Shown piece by piece: positions 1 to 11,200 of a stretch of 33,633 nucleotides of DNA. A program made the position numbers and the translations under genes. Under the pieces are notes generated by a model. The model was not told the origin of the DNA. It saw nothing but the letters and a program-made list of their open reading frames with translations, and searched no databases. Numbering within the stretch: the stretch's first letter is position 1; each line of letters starts with the position of its first letter. The stretch is from Intoshia linei (lineage: Eukaryota; Animalia; Orthonectida). The stretch spans positions 1-33,633 of the forward strand of contig LWCA01000287.1 in the NCBI GenBank assembly GCA_001642005.1, in the 5' to 3' direction.

Positions 1-355
1 TTTGGTTTAAAAAATATTTCCTAAAATCCCCCTTCAAATTTGATTCTAAAAAAAATCACCCTTAAAGTCCTGTTTAAAAAAAATTTCTTAAAATCCCTCT
101 TCAAATTTGATTCTAAAATAACCACCCCTAAAGTTTTGTTTAAAAAAAATTCCTAAAAACGTTTGGTTGAAAAAAAAATCTTAAAAACCCCCTTCAAATT
201 TTGTTCTAAAAAATTTATAAGAAACGCCCCTTAAAATTTGGTTCAAAAAAGTTTCTAAAACACAAAATTAAAATATAAATGAAAATTTTACTCATTCTAC
301 GTCTTGCCATAGAATGTGTACATTTCAGTGTTACACATTTTATACGACATATACA
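1..355. repeat. Degenerate ~35-40 bp tandem minisatellite array plus conserved ~85 bp tail (dispersed repeat family; truncated by window edge)
   Basis: Repeated units like AAATTTGGTTCAAAAAAAATTTCTTAAAAACCCCCTTC in 1-260. The tail at ~272-355 (aaatataaatgaaaattttac...ttctacg...gaatgtgta) closely matches ~11188-11275, which follows the same kind of array. Confidence 0.85.
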
Positions 356-579
356 ATATTTAATACAAAAATTTTAACCTATTATTTCATTATTTGAAAG
401 TACACACAAATCATAAAATAAAATTGTCGAATTTTCCCCTTAATTTAAGCTAAGAATTAAAGGGATTGTACAATGATATACATTTTGTATTTCATTTGAA
501 AATCAACCTGTAGTATAAAAAAAATATAAACGGTTAAACTTATATAATTCTACAAGGAATGAAGTAATAAATAGTAATA

Positions 580-1394
580 CAGTCAACCCTCTATAAGATG
601 AACCCTCTATAACGTGAACTTCTCTAATAATGAACAACAAAAAAAATTTAATATAGTTTACTATGAAAAAAGTAAATGAATCGTGAACATTCTACTACGT
701 GAACGATGAACATAATTTATCGAAATTAAAGTGAAGTTCTTATTGTTATTCACAATTATTGTATACAAAACGTGTTTTTCGAAAATTTTTTATTTCTGCA
801 AAATGAACAAAGAAAATTTAAAAAAAAGAAAATATTTAACTGCATATACAAAGAAAACTAATTCGTTTGTTTGATGAAGACAAAGGTAGTACACAACGTT
901 TTCTTGCTTCAAAACACAATGTATACAATACCATTGAAAAAAAATAATACATATGAAGAAAATAAAATAATGGCTGAACTTGAAGAGCCAGAAATCTTAC
1001 CTGTTACCCATTATGAAGCTAATTATCATACTAAAAAATTAGAAACATTTTTTATGATTATTACATAACCCAGAAAAATTATCCAGTGTATGGACTTTAA
1101 TGCAGGAAATAAAGTCTGAAAAATTGGCAAGATCATTAAAAATAACTGATTACTTTGGTTCTACTAAAGAAATCAAAAAATGAATTGATATAATTATTAT
1201 AATAATGTTTATTATTTAGTTTTCTTTGTAAGATGTAAAATTAATAAATAAGTTATATATTTTTTTGTGAATTGTTATAATATCAACTTCAATTTTACGG
1301 TTACTATACCAATAAATTTTTTGTTCACCATTTCTATAATCATGAACACTCAAATATTCAAGTCCCAAATGTTCACTTAGTAGAGGGTTGACTG
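580..1394 (+). mobile_element. Internally deleted pogo/Tigger-type DNA transposon
   Basis: Perfect 14-bp TIRs CAGTCAACCCTCTA (580-593) / TAGAGGGTTGACTG (1381-1394), flanked by TA at 578-579 and 1395-1396. Transposase remnants: N-terminal MNKENLKKRKYLT (~803) and C-terminal EIKSEKLARSLKITDYF (~1100-1156); no DDD core is visible between them. Confidence 0.85.
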
Positions 1395-1405
1395 TAACTA
1401 ATTAC

Positions 1406-3626
1406 CATCTGTTGTTCGCTCCACAGTATCATCGTGCATTAAAATCTAAAATTTGTAATTATAACTATAATAAATAGTATACTAAATAAAATCAACAAAA
1501 TGATCGGTGACCTTAAAAAAAGTATACATTATATTACACTAGCATAGGGGTCGGCAACCAGTGGTCCACAAATACTTTTGGTGGTCCTTTGAGTAAATAT
1601 GTAAATTATTTATTTTTAAAATTTTCAACTTTTAAACACTTTCCTACTATGATTGGCTCATTATAATCATTTTAATTCTGAATTTTACGATTGGCCTAGA
1701 ATCTAGGGACCTAGATATTATTTTGTTGAATATACTAGAACCGTTTCTCTAAGTTAAAATTGAAATGTATCATGTGTAAATTTTCAAAAACAAGGCCGTA
1801 GAATTTTTTGATATAAAAAATTGGCCCACAATATGCAAATTGTTGCAGACCCCTGAACTAGCCTACATAATTGACTTTTTTTCATTTGGATCGAATTATA
1901 CAATGTAATAAATTTAGTTTAATTAATATTTACATTTTTCGTTTTAGTTTTAATCCAAAAATTTGGAAAATATTCGTTGATAATATATTAAGTTATTTTT
2001 CACCGAGAATGTGTAGATTTCTGAGGTTGAAATTTTGTATTTATATCAACTGGAATAAACTCTATCAGAATAATCTTTTTTTTTAAATTTCACACCGTTA
2101 AGTATTTCACATTTTTTGTTAATAAAATATTTCGGAAAAAAATATATTAATACTAAAATGCTTTCTTGATCGTGAAGGCGCCACTTATTCAGATTGAAAT
2201 TTGTTGTGTGTGTTAAAAGGATACAACTGTACCACCTGTAAATTTTTTTAAAATATAAGGCTGTTTTAATTAACAAAATGGTAATTTGGGGTTTGTGACA
2301 CGTAAGAGTACACGATATGAGTTTCGGAGGTTGAAATTTATTTTGCTAACACCCCTGAAAAAACTGTAATTGAAATGTGGATTTTATAAAATTCTATGAC
2401 TGGTAGTTATTGAAATAAACGATAACACACACACAAACCATTATTGCATAGCATATTATATAAGTAAGGATTTACATAAAATGTATGAAAATTAATGATA
2501 CATGTTCTATAAGCTTTTTTCATGGCAATATCATGTCTTATATATCAGTAAATATTTTCAGTAAACAAACCGACAAATATGAAATGCTAAAATTATACAA
2601 TGATTTCCTAGTACACCAAATGGAAAAAAGTTAGAAAACACTGACTCCTCATAATTATCTATAAGTCATTAGCATGTAATTTACAATGTTCATGCTCTCT
2701 ACTAGAATACACTGCAATAAGAATCACAGATGTATCGCATGTGTGTATTGCTTCAATTTAACTTAATGAAATCAAGTATTATATGTTATAAAAAATATTA
2801 AATTTCTCAAAAAATAAAAAGAATACAAATGAAAATAATGTTTGCAAATAATTGAACTGAAAAATGAACAACAATATCCGATAACGTAACGACCCAAAAT
2901 TAATATTAGATTAAATTGTGTAAAAGTAAAATAAAATGGGAATAATGAAATAAAATTAATGTAAAAAACTTTAAAACTAACAATTAAAATAGTATATACA
3001 ATAATTTATATGGTGAAATAAGTTTTTTATTCAATATTTACAGAAAGTGAGTAAACATAAAAAGTAAATGCATTTTAACATTGAAATAAACACTCCAATG
3101 ACAAAATCTGATATTTCTAAACATTACAATTGAAAGCTTTTGGTTGCAATAAAATTACAAGACTAATTAAACAAGTCACCAAAAATATTAAAATAAAAAC
3201 GAATTGCCAATTTGTTAATACGTAAAGGTTGGAACGCATAAGTATTTACAGTTATTTGTTATTCAAATAAAAAGTGTCTAAATAAAAACAAAAATTACCA
3301 AATGACCATCTCTAGTTGAGGCAATATCAATTTCTATTGCCTTTTCAGGGAGTGACGCAATCTATAAACATTGAAAAAGTATAGACGAAACATACAAATT
3401 CGATAGATTCAAGTGTATTCTCTGGTGCATTATCCATATACCCTCTATGCCCAATTTTCTTTGCGTGTCGAATGTAATTTCTCATTTTTACATAATGATC
3501 CTCATTTGGTCGCGGAATTCCAAAATAACCAACGAATATTTTGAATAATACAATCGCAAACACAACTAAGAACCATAAAGTCACATTAAATATCAACATG
3601 TTTGAAAAGATCGTTATCAAATCCAT
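1406..3626 (-). CDS. GDE1: Glycerophosphodiester phosphodiesterase (GDPD family, GDE1-like), 5' part; 3' exons lie left of 1406 or outside the window
   Basis: Exons 3626-3396, 3361-3299 and 1445-1406 splice in frame (GT-AG; 34-nt and 1853-nt introns). They give an N-terminal TM segment, IGHRG...APENTL, AIEIDIASTRDGHL|ILMHDDTVERTTDG, the canonical GDPD motifs. A possible further exon at 438-379 is tentative. The GDE1 symbol (versus other GDPDs) rests on the N-terminal TM plus motif spacing. Confidence 0.85.
1545..1855. mobile_element. hAT-type MITE (family copy 1)
   Basis: TIRs TAGGGGTCGGCAAC / GTTGCAGACCCCTG. 8-bp flanks CACTAGCA / AACTAGCC (6/8, central TA). Internal sequence matches 14504-14778 in reverse orientation. 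Confidence 0.8.
1920..2470 (-). mobile_element. Non-autonomous Helitron-like element, 3'-truncated copy
   Basis: The minus-strand 5' end A|TCCTTACTTATATAATATGC...GTTTGTGTGTGTG resembles 5701. The body is reverse-complement homologous to ~6010-6410 and ~24755-24990. Left boundary is approximate. Confidence 0.7.
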
Positions 3627-4274
3627 TTTGTTTGTTTAGATTTTTTTTCCAAAATAACAAAATTGTAAACTTTAAATTTTCAATTGACTTTGACGTATAT
3701 AATGTAATTTTATATTAATAAAATTTGAAACAAGTTTCAATCTCTAGTTTTATTGTTTAACTTTATATTTATGTTCCAGAGTGAGTTTATTGTATAAACA
3801 ACACATGTATTTTAAACTTTACCAATTACTCTTCAAACACATGTATCCTAGTATGTTTGTTTTTTATTCAAGTCACTTTGAGTTATAGATGTTGGTCATA
3901 TTATTCATGTTTTATACACATCTCATAAATTTTCATTTTATTTTTCTTTGTAAGTGTACTGCACTGAATTTGTCGAAATTTTAAACAATATAAATTCAAT
4001 GATATATTATGTCATTACATGTATTTTACATTTTATTGTACTTATTTGAATATATCGTAACAATTTTTAAATATTTCAAGATGATAATGATAGAAAATGT
4101 GGAGTATGATTTATATTTATTTAATGATAACAAAAGTTAAACATAAATTTTTTTGAAATGTTACATTTACTCCATATTTAACCTAATCCTTTTTTGTGGG
4201 AGTGAATAAAGATTGAAATATGCATATTTAGCCATTATATACATTTGTACTAAATGATTCATGAAGGCATAATA

Positions 4275-4975
4275 CACTCTATAACGGTATATACTAGAAG
4301 GCGGTACCAAGAGATCATTAGAAAAAGTAATACAAAGTGATATTGTAGAAGTAGAATATCGTTAGAGTTACCGTTAGAGCTGTTCGTTATCGAAAGTACC
4401 AAACATTTCAATTTAAATAATTAAATAAATAAATTAAATAATTTAAAACTCTATTTTAAAATAATAATTCATATTTTGACAATTTTTCTTATTTTCCTAA
4501 TATAGGCTAGATTTCAGCTCTTAAATCATTCCTATATCTTCATACATTTTCTGTAAAATATATAATTCAAGTTCCTCAGCGTATTATCTGACTTTCATAT
4601 GTGTAATAATATAACTTTTTTCTAATTTAACCTTGATATTATTAACAGTAATATCTTCTATTTCTGTAATATCAGATTTTTGCTCAAGTATAGAATTATT
4701 CAAGAAATCTTCTTCATCATAATCTCGTTCGTAATGAGGTGAAAATTAATTATTATCAATTTCTAAATGAAGTATTAAAAACATTGTCATAATCAATAAG
4801 TGAATTTTTTAACAATTCTTATTTTAAAACAATTCTTAATTGATTTTTTGGATACATTATTCCAGGCTTCTATTGTAAACAGTATTGCATTTAACATTGT
4901 GGTAATATGTTTATTTATTTTTATTATTTTAATTTTTTTTGTTCGTTATTGAAAATTCAACATGTTCGTTAACAT
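4275..4975 (-). mobile_element. Probable decayed pogo/Tigger-like remnant
   Basis: Recurrent GTTCGTTA / CTCTATAACG motifs like those near pogo-type termini, and a stop-interrupted acidic stretch on the minus strand (DYDEEDFLNNSILEQKSDITEIED). No clean TIR pair found. Confidence 0.3.
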
Positions 4976-5037
4976 TTCATATTAATTGCTAAAATTTTTA
5001 AAAAATAAAAAGTAAACGGTTAATAATAAACGGTTAA

Positions 5038-5691
5038 CCGTTTATTTTCTAGCGTTCCATTAATGCAACACTTGTTTTAATTATTCATGGCAGCTCAATT
5101 ATATGATATTTATCAATTAAAAAAATGAATTAGATTTATTAAAATACGTGTTTTCTCGTGAAATTACTATTTTTTATAGTATAATTAGTATAATTGAGTT
5201 TATATATTATATATTGAGAAGAGAATCTAAAGGAAACACACCTTAGATTCCGTTCTGACCTAGCTGCATATCTCGTGAAAAATTCATCAAATTTGAATAA
5301 CAGGAACATATTGTCTGGTCCAAGTTCAAAAATACCTGATGAATTGCGTTATGATGGAATGCAGCATTATTTGGTCCATAATAATAAGCAGACAAGGTGT
5401 ATAGTATGTCATAAAAATACCTTCAAAATATGCGAAAAGTGTTGTAAAAAGATGCACATCAATTGTTTTAAACAATATCATAATAAATAATGAAATTTAT
5501 TTATTTTACAAAAAATATTTATTTTATACCTCAATGTTACCAATGTTCCATTAATGGAACACCTATAATTAGCGTTTATTAATTGACTTCAAAAAAATTA
5601 TGATTCTAAATGACACTACATTTCAACTTATAATGTAAGTATTCGGATATAATATGGTCTACTCATTTAAAAATATTAGTGATGAGAAGGC
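5038..5691 (+). mobile_element. piggyBac-derived remnant retaining the C-terminal Cys-rich domain
   Basis: ORF 5275-5490 reads DELRYDGMQHY...RCIVC...KICEKC...HINCFKQYH, matching the piggyBac/PGBD C-terminal zinc-binding motif. TTAA at 5034-5037 and 5692-5695. Repeated near-palindrome GTTCCATTAATG(C/G)AACAC at ~5054 and ~5545. TIRs are degenerate. Confidence 0.7.
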
Positions 5692-5700
5692 TTAACAATA

Positions 5701-7111
5701 TCCTAACTTATATAAAATGCTACGCTATTTTTGTTTGTGTGTGTGTTCCACTTTATTGAAATAACTACCACTCTTGCAATTTTTTAAAGACCACATTTCA
5801 ATTACAGTTTTTTCCGGGACGTATATTAAGATATATTTCAATCTCCCAATTTCACATCTTAAGGGTCAAAAACTTTTGTTGTCCCTCTTTTTGAAAATCA
5901 AACGAGTTGGAGAATTTAAAAAAATATATAAGCTGATGCGGATTTTATAATCATCAGCATTATCATAAATTTAAATTAAAAAATTATTTTAAATTAAATC
6001 TTCAAAGTCAAAACCCCAAATTACCCTTCTTTTTTTAATGAAAACAGTCCTAGAATTTAAAAAAATTACAGATGGTACAGTTCTATCCTGTTAACACACA
6101 TAAAAAATTTCAATCCGAATAAGTGACGACTTCACGGTCAAAAAAGCATTTTAGTATTCATATATTTTTTTCCGAAATATTTTATTAAAACAAAAAATGT
6201 GAAATAATTAACTGTCCGAAAATTAAAAAAAAGGATTATTCTGATAGAGCTTATTCCAGTTGATATAAGTAGAATAATATAAATATAAAAGTTTAACCCG
6301 AGAAATTTTCGCATTCCCGATGAAAAATAATTTTTAATATATTATTAACCAATATTTTTTAAATATTTCGATTAAAATAAAAATTGAAAATGTAAATATT
6401 GATCCTACAATTTCAAAACAAATATGCATTGAATGTCTACACATTTCCAATAAAGTAATATGGGTATAAATCTATATAATTCATTCCTTCGCAATTTTTA
6501 AATTTCAAATTCTTATTTTCAAAATATTTTGAATACAAATTTAAGTAGAAACAACAAAACTAAAACTAAACTAAAATTTGATAAAATTCGACTAAAATAT
6601 GTTTATAAAGTGAAGATTCGGTTAATTATTGATACAAATTGGTATTTGTAAGTATTTATTAAATTGGTACTGAATATATGTTATCACATTGAAAATGACA
6701 AAATAGTTTTTATTAAGGTTTAAGTTTTTATAATTTTATTTTTTCTGGAATTTTAGGCTATTTATGACAATTTTTAAAATTGGACTGTTTTTACTTTATT
6801 TTTATTATTATACACAAATTTAGACTAATAAATTAAAAAAATGGGATAACAATTGTTTTTAAAATTCTTTACGCAAATATTAAAACACAAAAAATTAAGA
6901 TATAATAATTCACTTTAAAGTAAAAAGTAATGTAATATGATGGTTCCACCTGAAACAAATTTGGGAACCACTCCTTTAAAGGATTGATAATAGTGAATAA
7001 TAGATTTTTTAAATTAGATTTTCAACGTGAATTTATGTGCTAAGTATAATAAAAATGTGCCCTCGGCAGAATTAGGTCCTGTTTGTACGTAGTACATAAC
7101 AGTCAATCTAG
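5701..7111 (+). mobile_element. Non-autonomous Helitron-like element
   Basis: 5' A|TC start followed by a TATATAAAAT and GTTT/GT microsatellite. 3' hairpin CTGTTTGTAC-GTA-GTACATAACAG (7079-7102) then CTAG|T (7108-7112). Body shared with other copies in the window. The 6430-7050 portion may contain nested material. Confidence 0.7.
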
Positions 7112-7436
7112 TACAATTATATAGCCGGTGCAGCAAAATTTTTTTTTATTTAAATTTGTGTAAAGTGAAACTTATTGGAAAGTACTGCTTTAAGGTGTCA
7201 TAAACGTTTAAGTAAAGTTATATAGTAGTTATACTCCGTTATTTGAAGTCTATTTTTGAAATTTACTAGTTGCTATTACAAATAAATTTATAATTAAAAT
7301 ATAATAATTATAATTATAACCGATTATAATTAAAGTGGGTTATTTTAGTTATTTAATTAACGTAACAACACAGGATACAATTACATGCAATTACAATTAA
7401 ATCAAATCTTAATATTAGTTGGCGGTTATATTAATA

Positions 7437-7915
7437 CATGGGTTCTTAACATTTTTTTATTTGGCCCTCAAAAAAATAATAAACTTACATTCTAAAAAAT
7501 TTAATATTATACCTACAATAACTAAAAATTGATGGATTAAATAGCTAACATGGCTTTAAATTTTATTAAATAACCTTTCAACATAAAAAAACACTGTCGT
7601 TTGTACGATCTATCAATATCATTTATTTTAGTAAATCCATAACGAATATAATCATCATTATATTTTCTTTTTTTGACATACATGTATGTTAATATTTACA
7701 TATTAAAATATGTTTTATATTAATGAACAGAATTTGACATTAATTTAACTTTAAATTTTCAATTGACTTTGACGTATATAAGTAATTTTATATTAATGAA
7801 ATTTAAAATTCAAGTTTAAAAAATATAGCTGTAAAATGATTATTCAAAAATTTCTGGCACCCTATAAACTAGTTTTGCACGCTAGGGGTGCTGGCACCCA
7901 GGTTAAGATCCCATG
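7437..7915. mobile_element. hAT-type MITE
   Basis: TIRs CATGGGTTCTTAAC / GTTAAGATCCCATG (13/14). 8-bp flanks TATTAATA / TATTAAAA (7/8). Confidence 0.8.
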
Positions 7916-8200
7916 TATTAAAAGGTTTATAAAATGAAAATTTACCATGAAAAACATGAAAAAATATGAAAAATTTTGGGCGAATTACAGAATTTTACTA
8001 TACTAGTACTATATAAATTAACCTGACGAAAACGGAGGTTTTACTGTATTACTAATAATAGAAAGTTTTGCAAGGGAAAATGTTAACTACTGTTTGTAAT
8101 CAAATGAAAATGTAAAAACGGCAAACTAAATTTAGTTAGTAAGATAATATTTATTAATTAAAAAATAATTTAAATAAATAATAATTATAATTCATTAAAA

Positions 8201-11200
8201 TTAGGCTAATAATAAGTATAAAAATAACAATAAACTGGAAATTTTAAGATAATAAGCACTGGCAATAACATATTCATCAGATATTTTGTTGCATAAATGG
8301 GATAGACAACATTGTTGACAAGTTTCAAGTGTGTCTGAAATTGAAGTACAATTTAAATTATCAACATTTGAACAAGTTTGATTTTTGCAAGATTGATGAA
8401 AAGATTTAATAACATTGCTAGATTTTTCTTTAATAAAAGTTAACCAACAAGAATGGGCACTGAAACAACCATAATCGGATATTGTATTTTTTAAACATCC
8501 ATTAATTGAATTGCATTCATAACACTTGAAAGAAGAACAATGATCATTATCTGTTAGATAAAAATTTGTCTTACATTTCTGACAATATTCGGGAGGATCA
8601 ATGCAGTTATTGCAATTTTGACATAAAATACATCTCTTGTCTTCTGTTATCGCAGCACCATGTTGACATGCATCGCATACCAAAGAATTGTTAAATTTGA
8701 CTTCAACATGACATTTATCACAAAATGGTATAACCCCACTACATTGATTGCAAATTGTACTATTGTTAACCACTAGTGAATAAGAATCAAATTTACAATC
8801 CAAACAATCCGAACTAGTCTTGCAGGAAATGCAATTGTCAGTGCAATATGTGCATGCATTTAGCAAATTGTCCCAAATGAACCCGTCTAGACACCTATCA
8901 CATGAATTGGAATCTAAACAAGTTTTACAATTTTGAGGACAATTTAAACAATTCGTGTCTATCGGATAAAAATTAGGTAAACATTTTAAACAATTGGTAG
9001 AGCTACAGGACACACAATTTGGTCTACAATTTTCACAAACAAATGATGTTGAATTAAAGTATTGGCTCAAATATCTACATTTTTGACAAGTATTTGGAGA
9101 AGTACACGTGATGCAATTCATTCCGCAGTTACTACATGTCTTTAACAGTGAATCATAAAAATAACCAGTTTTGCAAGTCAAGCATTCAGTTGAATTTACA
9201 CATGTAGCGCAATTTGTCATACATTTTTCGCATTGGTCATTCAAAAGATAGTGTTCTTTTGCGCATACATTGCAAACATTATAATTGTCGCAGAATTCAC
9301 AATTTAACGGGCACTTTTCACAAATTTGTAAATTATAATCAATGTTGCAGCTAATACATGAAGGTTCAGAAATTTCATCAATTTGGAAACACTTTTGACA
9401 GTCTAAATTGGTTGAAATGCAAACGTTGTTCTGGTTTAGACAATAACCATTCTGGCAGGTTGTACAAATTCCGCTTTTACATGAATTGCAGTTAATTGAA
9501 CATTTTTTACAAATCAAATTTTCATAGGAATGCCCAGTTTTACATGATATACATATATTTTCATTACACTCATTGCAATTTTCGATACACGGAATACACT
9601 GTGTCAATTCAGTGTTCATATAATGGCCTTTCAAACATTTTTGGCATGCTAGATTATCACATACTTGACAAAATTCTGGACATGGTTCACAATTGTTTAA
9701 TAAGCTCATGTAGGTTTGATCTTTACATTGAGTACACGTTACAGCATCAATACATTTTGCACAGTTTAATATGCAATTTTTGCATGTTCTTGTTACACTG
9801 TCCCAATAGGTTGCCATTGAATTATTATTAATTTCAAGTCCACATTTGTTACATTTGTATTCAGAATCTAAAAATTTGAATTTTTTAAAAAATAACAAAT
9901 AAATTATAATTATAATTGATAATTTTACAATACAAATTAGAAGCAAATATATTTTACATCATTACTTGTCAAAAGGTTCACGCTATATTACAGGGTATCC
10001 AATGATAAAGTCATGCATTATTTCAGAAATTAATTTAATATTATTAAAGAGAAAACACCACTAAATCCAACTCCAAAAGAGAAAATCAAAATTTACCAAG
10101 GCTTAAGATAAAAATTTAATTTTACCAACCCTTAAAGAAAAAATTCTTTTTTTCCAATATTTTTTTAAAAAACCCAAGTTTACAAACCCTTAGGGAAGAA
10201 ATTTATTTTTTTTAACTTTTTTTAAAAATTGAAATTTGATTTTATCCTTAGAGTTAAGCTGAGTGCATCCGTTAAATCTTAACGAGACTGCCGTTTTCAG
10301 TGTTAATTTTAAATATAAAAGTAAAAAGTAAACCACAAATTATTTTTAGCTTTTTCTACATTTTATATACGGTATTATAAAATGTAAAATATAAAACAGT
10401 ATAAAAAAGATAAAACATAACGTTAATGTAAAATTTCAAAACAATTAAATACAGAAAAATAATTAATAATGGTGGAATAATAAAACAAAACACATCAGTT
10501 ATGGATCCTATATTCTGACCTTTATTTAATCCTAAAATAAACGTACGTTAAAGTGTAATTTAGATAAGTCCATCATATTTGTGAATTTTGGAATGAATTG
10601 ATGACATGGAGTCAAAGCCGAAATAGCAGTCTCAATACGAAATCCTAAATGAAAAATAGGACCCTAAGAAATTTTTCAAAAATTTCTAAAAAAACCACCC
10701 TTAAAGTTCTGTTCAAAAAAAATTCCTAAAAACGCCCCTTCAAAATTTAGTTCAAAAAAATTTTTCAAAAAAACACCCTTAAAGTTTGGTTTAAAAAAAA
10801 CTTAAAAACCTCTTGACAGTTTGTTTAAAAAAAAATCTTAAAACCCCTTTGAAAGTATGGTTCAAAAAAAATATCTTAAAAACCCCCTTGAAAGTTTGGC
10901 GAAAAAAAAAACTTAAAAACCCCATTGAAAGTTTGTTTAAAAAAAATCTTAAAACCTCTTTCAAAGTATGGTTCCAAAAAAATCTTAAAAACCCTATTAA
11001 AAGTTTGGTTCAAATAAATTCTAAGAAACCCTTCTTAAAACTTTGTTAAAAAAAAATATCTTAAAAACCCCCTTGAAAATTTGTTTAAAAAAAATCTTAA
11101 AACCCCTTTGAAAGTATGTTTAAAAATAATTGTAAAACCACTTTTGAAAATATAGTTCAAAAAAAATTTCTAAAATTTCCTAAAATGGAAATATAAATGA

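Noticed and set aside
272-355. Homology to 11188-11275 as a duplicated exon of the Cys-rich gene
   Set aside because: The shared segment lies inside the intron, has indels between copies and always accompanies the minisatellite, so it is better explained as a repeat-element tail.
1871-2276. Short ORFs 1871-2086 and 2046-2276 (also 19090-19284, 24623-24838, 27161-27355, 30165-30380)
   Set aside because: They lie within non-coding repeats, are AT-biased low-complexity translations and show no domain signal.
6940-6975. Lone hAT-like termini (also near 15591 and 32715-32748) and a lone pogo-like end at ~8035-8047
   Set aside because: No matching partner TIR or TSD was found, so element boundaries cannot be supported.
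10247-10668. Possible PIF/Harbinger-like MITE (GAGACTGC / GCAGTCTC inverted motif, TTA/TAA flanks)
   Set aside because: Terminal similarity is too degraded to support a call by eye.
10670-11175. Regularly spaced repeats as a CRISPR array; ORF 10813-11049 as a gene
   Set aside because: Units are contiguous and degenerate with no unique spacers, there are no cas genes, and the context is a eukaryotic intron. The ORF is just the translated minisatellite.
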